Positions 44,517 to 54,442 of a stretch of DNA of 64,000 nt are shown here, one piece after another. Below the pieces are notes generated by a model. It saw only the letters and a list, made by a program, of their open reading frames with translations. It had not been told where the DNA came from and did no database searches. This DNA is from a virus. The stretch spans positions 1-64,000 of the IMG/VR virus record IMGVR_UViG_3300035703_000021, one strand, 5' to 3'. The position numbers and the translations under genes are program-made. Each line of letters begins with the position of its first letter. Position 1 is the first letter of the stretch.

Positions 44517-45527
44517 TTAAGCGTAGGAGAGGCAAGACTCTAAATCCAAAGTTGAAAGATCCACACTCATATAATCCTGAGTGGGCTTGGCTACGTAATT
44601 GTCACCAGATTTGCTTTGAGCGAAGAAATCAGAGCTACTTGCCCCTTTGATCATAGGGTCAAACCAAGCGCTGATGGACTTTGCCCGTGAGAGCTCCTCG
44701 GTGGACAGATGGAAGATCTGCTGAAGCCCGAGCGTGATAAGCCGTTCATTAGCGCGGTTGGTTATGTAAGCTTTCAACTCGTCAGCGTCAATCGAGCTAA
44801 TATATGCAGAGTTAAAAATGTGGTCAATAAAAGCGAACTCCTTGCCCACCACAAGGCGGAAGCCCTCGTAGATCGCTTGCTCCTCGGCCTCAGTAAGCCC
44901 CGTCTCCTCGACAAGGCGGCGGAAAAGCCCGCACCCAGCTTCCGAGTGAGTCTGCTCGTCGATTGACGACCACGAGATGATCTGCGCGAGGCCTTTGTAA
45001 CGTCCATCTCTGTTAAAGCTTAGTAGTACTGCGAAGGAGCTGAATAGCGACACGCCCTCTCCGGCGCCCGAGAACACCGCGAGGGAGACTTTGTCCTGGT
45101 ACTTCTGGAAGAAGGTATCGATCTTGGAGCAGGCGACAGGGTCATTGATGAACTCCTCGTACTCCTTCAGGCCGAGGACATCATTCAGGTAGGAGTAAGC
45201 CGCGGCGTGGATCGTCTCGAAGAACGAGAAGGCGCGGGCCATGGCTTGGATCTCGGGCTTGGGGAAGATCCTGCAGACCTCATCCGCCCAGTAACAACCA
45301 ATCCCCAGCTCAGCGCTTACAAAGCCCTTTAGAATCCCGGCTATAACCGCTCTTTCGTCCGGTGTTGAGTTGAATTGCCAGTCGCGAAGATCTCCCTCCA
45401 TGGCAACCTCCTGGTGGCGCCATACGCTGGCCACGGTGCGCTCGTAGTAATCGTAGAACTCCGGAAAGTCGAATCCGTCGTCCTTCTTGAAGATCATTCT
45501 GTTGTGCTCGAGAATGCTGTTGCTCAT
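44517..45527 (-). CDS. nrdB: Ribonucleotide reductase class Ia beta subunit
   Basis: W..E, E.IH..AY, EGVSLFSSF, DE..H. Confidence 0.95.
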   Translation of the reverse strand: MSNSILEHNRMIFKKDDGFDFPEFYDYYERTVASVWRHQEVAMEGDLRDWQFNSTPDERAVIAGILKGFVSAELGIGCYWADEVCRIFPKPEIQAMARAFSFFETIHAAAYSYLNDVLGLKEYEEFINDPVACSKIDTFFQKYQDKVSLAVFSGAGEGVSLFSSFAVLLSFNRDGRYKGLAQIISWSSIDEQTHSEAGCGLFRRLVEETGLTEAEEQAIYEGFRLVVGKEFAFIDHIFNSAYISSIDADELKAYITNRANERLITLGLQQIFHLSTEELSRAKSISAWFDPMIKGASSSDFFAQSKSGDNYVAKPTQDYMSVDLSTLDLESCLSYA

Positions 45528-46261
45528 CTGTTTTCGTGGATTGTGAGATTATGGTTATCGCAGTCGAAGACGCCGAGTGTTCCGTCTGTAGCTTCTCCGC
45601 CTGGGTCGTTAACTACGCAATTATCCTCTACGAGTACTCTGGCCCAGTGGCCGGAGCAGAGAACGTCGGAGCCGGTAGCTCCCCAGCGTTGAGGATTCCT
45701 CCAGAACCCCGTTCTCTTTGTGATCTTGCGTCCCTGCCAGAGCCAGGACGATTTTCTTCCTCTCAGTGTCAGATCCAGCTCCTCGGGAGTAACGTCTCCC
45801 TCGGAGTATTTTGCTTCGATGTCCTTCTGGTAGAAGGCGTGGGCGATCTTATATGTCTTTCCGTTACCGGAGTTATAGGTGTAAGTAAGAGGCCTTGAAT
45901 CCAACCACAGGATCATTTCGTCCCGAGTAGGTCCGTCCAAAGTCTCGATTTCGTTAATTGTATCCTTAAATCCCACGATACTCTTTCGAACATCGCGACG
46001 CTTAAGGTAGTAGTCGGTTAGGTTCTGAGCGTGATTGGAATGGAGGAGGGTGGCGTAACCCTCGTCGCAGAGCTGGCGAACCAGCTTGTACACCTTAATA
46101 AACGAGCAGTTTGGCCTGTAGAGCTTATCCCTGCAGTCGGACAGATCACCCAGAAAGACGATATGGGCTCCGGAGTTGAGCGGCTTAGAGAGCCGGTCGG
46201 TCAGGCGGAGGAGCGCGTCGTCCCTGGAGTGGACGTCGGAGACAAGCAGAACGTTGGACAA
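45524..46261 (-). CDS. Metallophosphoesterase
   Basis: SDVH, LGDL.D, SNH, AHA, GH. Confidence 0.8.
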   Translation of the reverse strand: MSNVLLVSDVHSRDDALLRLTDRLSKPLNSGAHIVFLGDLSDCRDKLYRPNCSFIKVYKLVRQLCDEGYATLLHSNHAQNLTDYYLKRRDVRKSIVGFKDTINEIETLDGPTRDEMILWLDSRPLTYTYNSGNGKTYKIAHAFYQKDIEAKYSEGDVTPEELDLTLRGRKSSWLWQGRKITKRTGFWRNPQRWGATGSDVLCSGHWARVLVEDNCVVNDPGGEATDGTLGVFDCDNHNLTIHENR

Positions 46262-46324
46262 GGGAGCATCGGGCCTAGTACTCTCATTCTATCATGAGCT
46301 GGTCTTTACGGCCGAAGGCCGTGG

Positions 46325-46879
46325 TCACATGTGCTGCTGGCTGGCCGTGGACTTGACTACGATCTCCGTCTCCGGATACGTGTAGTGCATCTGGTCGGAG
46401 ACCGACTCCGGGAGTGTAGCGTTGAGGACCTTGTAGGCCATCTCCAGAGCCTCGGAGCGGGTGCGCTTTCTTGGGCTTCTGTACTCCTCGGACGTGCTTT
46501 TCACCTTGGGGATCACTGAGTAGAAGTACTCCTCGTCGGGGTGAGTGACTAGGAAGTAAGCGCGTCTGTGCTGAACGCCCTGCTCCACGACAATCTCACC
46601 CGGCTCAACGTGGAGCTGGCCGACATCGTAGCCGGGCTTGCCCTTGGGATTCATGTCCTTATCGTGAGGGCCTTCGTACGAAGGCTTCTCCCCACCGTCG
46701 ACCTTGGCCGCGCCGAAGGCACCCTCGGGATCGACGTACTGAGAGTGGTAGTCGTCCTCACCGGACTGCGGGCCGGGTTTCACCAGCTCGAGGTTCTTCT
46801 CTGTTTTTCCTGTGTCGGAGCCAGGCTCGGCGTAGGAGGCGATCTCCCAGCCCTCCGGAACGACTAACTCATGATCCAT
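46325..46879 (-). CDS. Late protein with N-terminal VPEGW
   Basis: MDHELVVPEGWEI; late motif at 46901-46912. Confidence 0.7.
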   Translation of the reverse strand: MDHELVVPEGWEIASYAEPGSDTGKTEKNLELVKPGPQSGEDDYHSQYVDPEGAFGAAKVDGGEKPSYEGPHDKDMNPKGKPGYDVGQLHVEPGEIVVEQGVQHRRAYFLVTHPDEEYFYSVIPKVKSTSEEYRSPRKRTRSEALEMAYKVLNATLPESVSDQMHYTYPETEIVVKSTASQQHM

Positions 46880-46900
46880 GGGTGTACGCGGTCTGTATGA

Positions 46901-46945
46901 GTCTTTAAACCCAAAAGAAAAAGCCCCGAGGAATCCTCGGAGCTC
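46901..46945 (-). terminator. Terminator followed by late promoter motif
   Basis: CCGAGG/CCTCGG stem, T-tract, then GGGTTTAAAGAC. Confidence 0.7.
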
Positions 46946-46984
46946 CTTCGTTACTGATTCGAAGTTGGATCAGAAGTCTAGACC

Positions 46985-47923
46985 TTAAAAATCAAGGTTG
47001 AGATCGTTTTCGCCGGTCTCCTGGCGGGACAGAAGCAGAGTCGAGCGGATACGAATCTTGCCATCGGGAAGCTCCTCCTTGGAGCGCAGAGTCAGAGTCG
47101 CGGGCTTCTCGCGGTTGATCTCCGGCTTAGTGGAAAGCAGCGGGCGGATGGAGCTGTGGGCCCATGCGCCGGCGACTTGCCCTTCCTCGGGATAGTTGGC
47201 GATCATGATCCGGTACGTAAGCCCGTAGGAGGTCTTACACGGGTAGTAGTTGATCACCTCGTAGGGGAAGTTTACTTCGAGCTCGCGGAAGTCGACTTCG
47301 CTATCGGCTTCGATGCGAGGACCGCTGGAGCCCGTCCCCTTGGCGGCTACCTTCTGGATCAGAGAGACCACATCCTCGGGCTTCTTCTTGAGAAGGGCGT
47401 TCAGAGCTTTAGGCTCGGTAGGATTCTCCCAGTCGCTGAAACGAACTGCCACTGGAAGAACCAATTGGCCACTCTCAGTATCAACGCTTACGAACAGAGC
47501 GGGATCTTCGCCACGACCCGAGAAGTTATACGAGCCGAATTCAGCTTCGATCTCGGTGCCGTCGGCCTTCACAAAACCACCCTTAACGACGTTCAGGGCG
47601 ATGTAACGTGGCCCCCACTGGATGTAGAGTTGGCCATCGGAGGTGCCTTCGACTCCTTCAACGCCGGACTTCAGCACGGGGCCGAAGAGACGGAAGTAGA
47701 TGCCGTCGCGGGACTTGATGAGGAAGGTGTTCTCGTCGAGGGGAAGCTCCTCCCCGGTCAGGAACTGGAACACGGTATCGAGGTCCTTACGCAGGCCTTT
47801 AGGCAGGTTGGCGTTAGGAAGCGAGGTGTATTCCGAGGTGTATTCACGGCCACTGAGAGGGGCGAGTTGCGGAGCGTTGGTGCTCAGGTCAATGGTCGTG
47901 ACGGAAAAAGTTGCTGCGGACAT
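46985..47923 (-). CDS. Putative ssDNA-binding/replication protein
   Basis: Strong codon bias; beta-rich; acidic C-terminus ending LDF (function inferred). Confidence 0.5.
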   Translation of the reverse strand: MSAATFSVTTIDLSTNAPQLAPLSGREYTSEYTSLPNANLPKGLRKDLDTVFQFLTGEELPLDENTFLIKSRDGIYFRLFGPVLKSGVEGVEGTSDGQLYIQWGPRYIALNVVKGGFVKADGTEIEAEFGSYNFSGRGEDPALFVSVDTESGQLVLPVAVRFSDWENPTEPKALNALLKKKPEDVVSLIQKVAAKGTGSSGPRIEADSEVDFRELEVNFPYEVINYYPCKTSYGLTYRIMIANYPEEGQVAGAWAHSSIRPLLSTKPEINREKPATLTLRSKEELPDGKIRIRSTLLLSRQETGENDLNLDF

Positions 47924-48025
47924 TTGAAAAGTTCTCTTAGTAGGTGTCTCTTTGGAGCGAAAGATCTCTCTTTGACTCTCTGTATATTATACCACACAAG
48001 CTCCCACGTGTGGGGTGGTGGTATG

Positions 48026-48346
48026 TCAGTCTTTAAACTGGCTATCGTCGGATTGGAGGGTGGCGAGGTAGGTCTGGGCCTCGAGCCTGATGTCGTAGAG
48101 CTGGGAGGATAGCGGGTTGAGTGGGCAGAGCGGCGGGACGTAGAGGACGAGCCACTCCCCCCACCACACCTGCCTCTCGAACGGGCACTTAGATGGAATC
48201 GAATCTACCCACTTCTGAGCCAGTTCTGGAGTCCATGATTTAGGCCTCAGCGCGGGCACGTAGAGTCGCGGAAGATTCTCAAGCAGTATACCCCACCACC
48301 ACGGCGCTCTCGCTCTTCTTCCGGCTGAGGATCGTGTAGTCAGCAT
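48026..48346 (-). CDS. Mo-dependent nitrogenase C-terminal-domain protein
   Basis: IPSKCPFER..PPLCPLNPL..L..IR..A.TYL. Confidence 0.8.
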   Translation of the reverse strand: MLTTRSSAGRRARAPWWWGILLENLPRLYVPALRPKSWTPELAQKWVDSIPSKCPFERQVWWGEWLVLYVPPLCPLNPLSSQLYDIRLEAQTYLATLQSDDSQFKD

Positions 48347-48364
48347 GGATCTGTACGGGCCTAT

Positions 48365-49354
48365 TTATGTAAAGGATCCTACAGCAGTTGTGGATCCTTT
48401 TACCGTTCCGCCACTATTTGTAACAGAAACCAATAAGTTGCTGGAGAGCCTAACTACAGCAGCGCCTCCTAGCCCTTTATTTCCGCCGCTTCCTAAGCTC
48501 TCCGATTCCCCGCCAAGAATCCCAGAAGTCCTTGCCGGGCAGCCATTATTTCCGTTCTCTCCCCAGTCCCCGCCATTTCCTCCATATCCTGCTCCGCCTC
48601 CCTGCCCGCCGCCGTTACAATTATTTCCAGAGGCTCTACAGAAGTTAGAAGGACCGTTTCCGCCGTCCGCGCCGTCTTGATTGTTGTACCCGGCTCCTTT
48701 TCCTCCCGCCCCTCCGCTAGCGGAGCAGGCATAGTTGCCAATAATAGCATTCTGGTTGAATGAGTACGCACCTCCTCCGCCTCCGCCGCCTCCACCGCCT
48801 TGAACCTGTCCACTGGATTCCACAAGTAACTCACATGAGTATTGCACTCCTAATGCTGGAGATCCCGCCTGTCCAGTCCCACCATTAGCCGAGCCTCCAT
48901 TCCCCCCTCTACCCCAAAGTCTGCCACTAGAAGTGACAATATACTTTAGAAGGGTTGTTGATGAGTCCCAGGTTCCGGTTTTTAATGCTGCCGCTGTGGT
49001 TGATTCAGTGGCGCCAATAACGCTTCTGACCACGTGATATACTTTTTTAGTCTGACTGCTATCTCCCCTACTAGGGCGGGGCTTAAATCCTCCGATTACA
49101 ACAGCAGAACTATCGAATTTGGATCCTGAATCTACATTTGTTTCTTCCGCTGAATAATCCACTACGCAGTTAAGAGTTTTACCTCTAAGCTGGGAGAAGG
49201 ATATCGTCCCAGAGCTAGGAATACCTTCATCCAGAGGCCAGTTCCTGCCCGCGACACTCTGACTAACTCTGTACGCTCCCAGATTCTTGCCTGGCGGAGC
49301 GCCAAACTCCGCCGTTATATTGCTCCAGCTAATCTGACCGGTAGGTGTAGTCAT
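48365..49354 (-). CDS. Gly-rich tail fibre adhesin-like protein
   Basis: GQISW..EFG, IPSSGTISFSQLRG, polyglycine loops. Confidence 0.75.
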   Translation of the reverse strand: MTTPTGQISWSNITAEFGAPPGKNLGAYRVSQSVAGRNWPLDEGIPSSGTISFSQLRGKTLNCVVDYSAEETNVDSGSKFDSSAVVIGGFKPRPSRGDSSQTKKVYHVVRSVIGATESTTAAALKTGTWDSSTTLLKYIVTSSGRLWGRGGNGGSANGGTGQAGSPALGVQYSCELLVESSGQVQGGGGGGGGGGAYSFNQNAIIGNYACSASGGAGGKGAGYNNQDGADGGNGPSNFCRASGNNCNGGGQGGGAGYGGNGGDWGENGNNGCPARTSGILGGESESLGSGGNKGLGGAAVVRLSSNLLVSVTNSGGTVKGSTTAVGSFT

Positions 49355-49370
49355 TCAGCCAACCCTCTAC

Positions 49371-52300
49371 TCACTTGGATCTCTTTAAATCTTCAACTTC
49401 CTGCTTGAGCTCCTTCACCGCCTCGATGAGGAGCGGGATGATCCTGTCGTAGGAGACGGCCAAGTACCCACTGTCTCGGCGGGTTACGGCCTCCGGCAGA
49501 ACCTCAAGCACCTCCTGAGCGATGACACCCACATCCGGACCAGTCTTGCCTGAGTCCTCGTTCCAGTCGAAAGTGTTCCCGCTGAGCGAGGTTAGCTTGT
49601 CGAGAGGCGAAGAGATCGGTACGATGTTGTCCTTCAGTCTGGCGTCAGAGGTGTAGAACGCGTAGATGTCCCCTCGGACGTACAGGTTGCCAGAACTCGA
49701 TGGTCCTCCAGCTTCTCCGATGTAAACATTCTGCTTGAACGTGATGTCCGCGTTAGCGATCTTGTCGGATGTAACGCCTCCATCTTGGATATTGATGGTG
49801 AACTGCAGAAGATCATCACCAGTATCCTCGGTACCATCTACGTCGAACGTCTGGGACGTTACCTCTATTCCCTCCCCGGCAAGGACGGAGTTATTGAATC
49901 TCGCGTTTAGCTCCCTGGCGAGGGAGGCCGCTGTGATTACGGCTTTCTCCGAGATACCCAGAGCCGTACCGGTGGCCGTCTGGCCGGAGCTCAGTCTCCT
50001 AGTCCCCTTAATAACGGCCTCGTTCGCGATCTGGATCAGTCCAGCGGCGCTGGTGCTAGCGTACACTTCCGCGGTGCTCTCGGCCGTGATACGACCGGTG
50101 AGGGTGTTGAACGTTGTTGATGGATCGAAGTAAACCTTCGTGTCTTGGCCAAAGTACAGGCTGCTAGCGCTGTTGCCGTCGCCGATCAGAAGCGACGACT
50201 TAATAACCACGCTATTAAATACCTGGTTGGTTACCGAGCCGGGCTCGTTATCCGCCTCGAGCGGAATGGCGAATTGCTCGCCGCTTCTCAGATCGAATAC
50301 GGTGGTACCGATGTAGAAGTTACCTTCCTCGTTCATACCAGTGGCGTACACCTTGCCGCCATTGCTCTCCACGATGATTTTGCCGAGGGCAAAGTCCTGC
50401 TCCAGAGGATCGCCCTGGAAGGTCGGGAAGGCGGTGTCGTAGTTCAGGTAACCGGTCCACTCCCACGTGTGTCCAGACGCTCTGATGACGGAGGGTCTGC
50501 GGAGACCGATCAGGACACCCGTAAAACTGGAGCTATTGCTTACCTTCAAGGAGATAGGTGTTTCACTGGGCTCGATGTCCTTGTCGAAATAGAACCCGGG
50601 GCGAGACTTCATCTCCGCGATAGCGACTCTGGTGATGGAGTCGACGGGGTCGGCTGTGTTCTCCGGCTCGTCGAAATCGATATCGGGGTAGAGTTCACCG
50701 GCGATAACGCGCCGGGCTTGGGATCCCTGAGTCAGGTAGGCTACGTACCGGCCGTCGGAAGGCTGCTTATTCTCGATTCTTTTCCTGTACGCGGCGGGAT
50801 CGAATACTTCGTCCCAATCCCTGATCTGGGATACGGTCAGTGGATCGGAGAGAAGAGTAGAGCTGCCGTTGATGGGATAGCCACTCACACCGAGCTGCTT
50901 CTCCAGTACGTAGAAGTTCTGGGGTCTTCTTACTCCTTGGTCCTTGATAAATCCGGAGAGAACAACTCTGTATACTCTCTCGTCGTTCTTTCTCTTATCC
51001 AGAGTTCTTACAGTGGTGATGGTGGAGCCATCGCTTATAAACTCAAGCAGTGAGTACTGCTGCTGGAGTACTGTTCTCTGAGCTTCTGGAATGATTACGT
51101 ATTTGAAGGCAGCGTCTAGTTTCTTGAGAAGGTACCCGTCACCGTCGAGATCCTGGACCTCCTCCACCACGGTTCCCGTTCTGACGTTGAAGTACCAGCT
51201 ATTTTTTGCTGAATCCCAGATAAAGATCTTCGATTCATCGTTGAGATTCTGGAACCCAGGGCTACTAGAGGGGGCTAGTTGCAGATCCCCGCAATAGGAG
51301 ATCGGATCTCCCTCAGCGCTAAATCCCCGGATGTAGATTCTCTTTCTCTCGGCCTTTGTCCCACCGGAGAGAACGTAAGAGCCGTCGGACTTCTTCCTGG
51401 TGTAGCTGAATTGCCCGAATCCCATATCCTCTGCTGTAGGAGGAACGTTCAGGCTGTAGTCCTTTATGTAGACTCTGACGTCCACAGGAGCGATGACGTT
51501 GCCACCATTATAGCTGGCGTTATCTACGTAATACTCCTTGGTCAGATCGTAGTCTAGGACTAATCCGGTATTTACCTGCGTATCCACGAGGGTAGCAGGT
51601 TCGGAGAAACTCAGAGCCTCGTATCTCAGAGGCTTAGGAGGGATGATCTCAAGAAGCTTTGTTCCGGCGTACGCGCCTGTAGGAGCCGATTCGTCCTGGC
51701 TGAAGGACCGGGTCTTGTAGCCGATGGAGTGTAGCGAAACATCACCGAAGTCCGAGCACGAGTTGGTGATGGACAGGTCCGCTCCGCTCTCAGCCACGAA
51801 GTGGTCAGCGTTACCGATGACAAAGCAGCTAACAATCTGGATGGTGGCGTTATTGCTACCTTTGAAGCCGAAGTGGCGGTACTTGAGAGGGTCGGTTGGG
51901 CACGGTCTGTACTGCTTACCCACTCCGTCATCTTTGTTGACCGGAGGATCCAGGTAGTACGAGTCGTCGTTGAAGCAGGTCGGGTCGGTCTGCAGCGACA
52001 CCTGGGTGAAGTTGGCGGTGACCATGGACCTGAAACCTGCCACCAGAGCGCCGTCAGCGTGGAGTCCGTTGAGGCCGAAGATCGATCTCACGGAACAGTT
52101 AAAGATGTACGGTGACGACGATCTTGTGGAGTTGATGTCAGGCAGATCGAAAGCTCTCTGGTCCCCGGAACCCTGCTTGCGGATCTTTGTCGCACCAGGA
52201 TAGGCGACCGGTGAGTCGGTGCGGGAGTCCGAGAAAGGAATACCTGTCAGGTTCTCCTCGGCGTCTGTCTGCCGGAGGTCCTTGGAGTCGTAGATTGGGG

Positions 52301-54431
52301 CGACGATTGTTGTCTCGGCGGAGATGGACTCCAGTCCCTGCGATCCCCAACCATCGTACTGGGCGAATAGAGTGTTAAGTTTGGAGTAGTAGGAGGTCTC
52401 TACCGAGCTACCAGCAACCTCGGACTGGGAGGCGAATCCGACCGAGGTTACAGTGTTGTGGCTTCTCGGAATCTGAGGGTTGTCAGTAAACGTGATGAGT
52501 GAGATATAGCTACCACCCGTCACCTTGAAGATGCAGGTTTTCTCGCGCTGAGGCTCCTCCTGGATCGGGTTGAGCTCGGGCACGTACATCGGCCTTACAC
52601 GAACCTTTCTCAGATCAACGCCGTTGATGGAGATACCACGAGGGACGATCAGACCGCCACCGGTGGGGTTGATGAGGGACAGACCATCGTAGTAGAGCTT
52701 GTCGTTGAGGGAGAAGTTGCCTCTAACATACTCCAGAGTCACGCTCCAGATTGAGGAGCTCAGACTATCCTTCTGGATCTTGACGATATTGCCCACTCCT
52801 CCCGACTCGGAGTAAAGAATACGGCCAAGGTTCAGCGCCTTGGGCGGTTGGGATAGAGTGGGGTTGAGTGAGTCGACCTGGATCACGATGGCTCTGTCCA
52901 ACTCGGTCACCGCGAGCACTTCGTACCCTGTATCCACTCGCTGGATCAGGCCGGTGTCCGCTGTTAGACCGGGAACGCTTCCTGATCCCGGAGAGTTGTC
53001 AACGTAGTAATCTCCAGGGGAGAGCTCGATCACGACTCGATCGTAGCGATCGTTGTACTGACCGGCTCTGCGGCTCTCCCTTACGGCCTCGACGATGGCT
53101 CTCTCGATCGAGCGGAAGGGCTTGGACTGATTGAAACCGTTGTTGGTGAGAGCGTCGTCGCCGGTAGCGGGATCGACGTAGATGATATTGCGTACTGTTG
53201 GGTCGGCCGTGGCTCCCTGGCGGTCGCATCTGGGAGTGTTCTGGACTTTGATCAGTCCTCCCTGACCGTCAGCGTAAACAGCGACCGACGGGTAGAATTC
53301 CTTATAGCACTTGGAGGTGGAGGCTTCGTAGCGATAGACGCCCTCGGGAGGGTTAGGATAGACCGCGGGAATGGTTGATCCGTCGGGGCACTCAGTGGCG
53401 AGACGAGTGCCGATGAACTCACGGCCTCCGCAGCTCAGGAACGTACCGAGAACAGGCGAGCAGTCACCACCGGGAGTCTCCTCGAACTTCCACTCGGACG
53501 TCGCGGCGTGGAAGAACAGCTCGATGTGCGCGTCCTTGATGTTGATGATCCAGTCATCCACGGAGTTGGCGATCTTGGTATCGCCGCCTGGGCGGATAAT
53601 GATGGGGAACCGATCGAAGGTACCGGAGATGTCAACGATGGCGACTCTGTCGGAGTCAGTGGGAACGGCAGGAAGTGAGACGATGAGGGAGCCGTTTGAT
53701 GTGTCCGCGATGACTCTCTCCCAGCTCTTAGCGGCGTAGGAGTCCGACTTGATCGCCGTGTTGCGAAGGGTGCGTGGGTAGGTGTTTAGGTTGCCGACGT
53801 AAAGGTTGGGGCGAAGGTCGACGTATCCGGTTCCGACAACATCACCGTCCTCGTTGGTTGCTAGGGCGGTTCCGCTTGGCGCGAGAGTTAACTTGGCAAG
53901 AGGGACGTGAGGGATCGAAACGGACGGAAGTGCGGCACCAATAGAGATCTCTACCGGCTCATCGTCTGCGATGTTCTCCTTTGCCGCGGCCTCATTCACG
54001 TACAGGTACGTTGTCGAACTCAGGCTAGCGTCGATCAGTTTTACAATGTACCTAGGCCACGAGATAACGCTGCCGTCCGACCCGACGATACTCCCGGCCT
54101 CTACCCAAACGCCATATCCGCCGCCCGTCACAGGCACGAGCGTAGGAGGCCCTTGGATTACTTGCTGCGTTACTAAGTCCCATCCGAGCACGATACCATC
54201 GTGGGCCAGTCGTCCCAGCGCGGTCTCGTTATCCTCGCGAGGATCCGCTACTTCCCAGTCCTTGAGACTGTCCCTCTGGCCGATCTTCCAGCCGGCGTGA
54301 TCGGAACTAGTCGGTTCTGAGTAGTAGTTGTCGCGAGACGAGGTCGCCGAAAAGCTAGTGCCTTTCTGCGTCTCATTGAGATATTCTTTGGAAACGATTG
54401 TTCCATTCTGGAACTGGATCTTATCTAGCAT
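49371..54431 (-). CDS. Long tail fibre with C-terminal peptidase S74 chaperone
   Basis: IYVDP..G.D..G..PFRSIERA; SDARLKDNI..GVIAQEV..VSYD..LLIEAVKEL. Confidence 0.9.
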   Translation of the reverse strand: MLDKIQFQNGTIVSKEYLNETQKGTSFSATSSRDNYYSEPTSSDHAGWKIGQRDSLKDWEVADPREDNETALGRLAHDGIVLGWDLVTQQVIQGPPTLVPVTGGGYGVWVEAGSIVGSDGSVISWPRYIVKLIDASLSSTTYLYVNEAAAKENIADDEPVEISIGAALPSVSIPHVPLAKLTLAPSGTALATNEDGDVVGTGYVDLRPNLYVGNLNTYPRTLRNTAIKSDSYAAKSWERVIADTSNGSLIVSLPAVPTDSDRVAIVDISGTFDRFPIIIRPGGDTKIANSVDDWIINIKDAHIELFFHAATSEWKFEETPGGDCSPVLGTFLSCGGREFIGTRLATECPDGSTIPAVYPNPPEGVYRYEASTSKCYKEFYPSVAVYADGQGGLIKVQNTPRCDRQGATADPTVRNIIYVDPATGDDALTNNGFNQSKPFRSIERAIVEAVRESRRAGQYNDRYDRVVIELSPGDYYVDNSPGSGSVPGLTADTGLIQRVDTGYEVLAVTELDRAIVIQVDSLNPTLSQPPKALNLGRILYSESGGVGNIVKIQKDSLSSSIWSVTLEYVRGNFSLNDKLYYDGLSLINPTGGGLIVPRGISINGVDLRKVRVRPMYVPELNPIQEEPQREKTCIFKVTGGSYISLITFTDNPQIPRSHNTVTSVGFASQSEVAGSSVETSYYSKLNTLFAQYDGWGSQGLESISAETTIVAPIYDSKDLRQTDAEENLTGIPFSDSRTDSPVAYPGATKIRKQGSGDQRAFDLPDINSTRSSSPYIFNCSVRSIFGLNGLHADGALVAGFRSMVTANFTQVSLQTDPTCFNDDSYYLDPPVNKDDGVGKQYRPCPTDPLKYRHFGFKGSNNATIQIVSCFVIGNADHFVAESGADLSITNSCSDFGDVSLHSIGYKTRSFSQDESAPTGAYAGTKLLEIIPPKPLRYEALSFSEPATLVDTQVNTGLVLDYDLTKEYYVDNASYNGGNVIAPVDVRVYIKDYSLNVPPTAEDMGFGQFSYTRKKSDGSYVLSGGTKAERKRIYIRGFSAEGDPISYCGDLQLAPSSSPGFQNLNDESKIFIWDSAKNSWYFNVRTGTVVEEVQDLDGDGYLLKKLDAAFKYVIIPEAQRTVLQQQYSLLEFISDGSTITTVRTLDKRKNDERVYRVVLSGFIKDQGVRRPQNFYVLEKQLGVSGYPINGSSTLLSDPLTVSQIRDWDEVFDPAAYRKRIENKQPSDGRYVAYLTQGSQARRVIAGELYPDIDFDEPENTADPVDSITRVAIAEMKSRPGFYFDKDIEPSETPISLKVSNSSSFTGVLIGLRRPSVIRASGHTWEWTGYLNYDTAFPTFQGDPLEQDFALGKIIVESNGGKVYATGMNEEGNFYIGTTVFDLRSGEQFAIPLEADNEPGSVTNQVFNSVVIKSSLLIGDGNSASSLYFGQDTKVYFDPSTTFNTLTGRITAESTAEVYASTSAAGLIQIANEAVIKGTRRLSSGQTATGTALGISEKAVITAASLARELNARFNNSVLAGEGIEVTSQTFDVDGTEDTGDDLLQFTINIQDGGVTSDKIANADITFKQNVYIGEAGGPSSSGNLYVRGDIYAFYTSDARLKDNIVPISSPLDKLTSLSGNTFDWNEDSGKTGPDVGVIAQEVLEVLPEAVTRRDSGYLAVSYDRIIPLLIEAVKELKQEVEDLKRSK

Positions 54432-54442
54432 GATGAGAAGCT

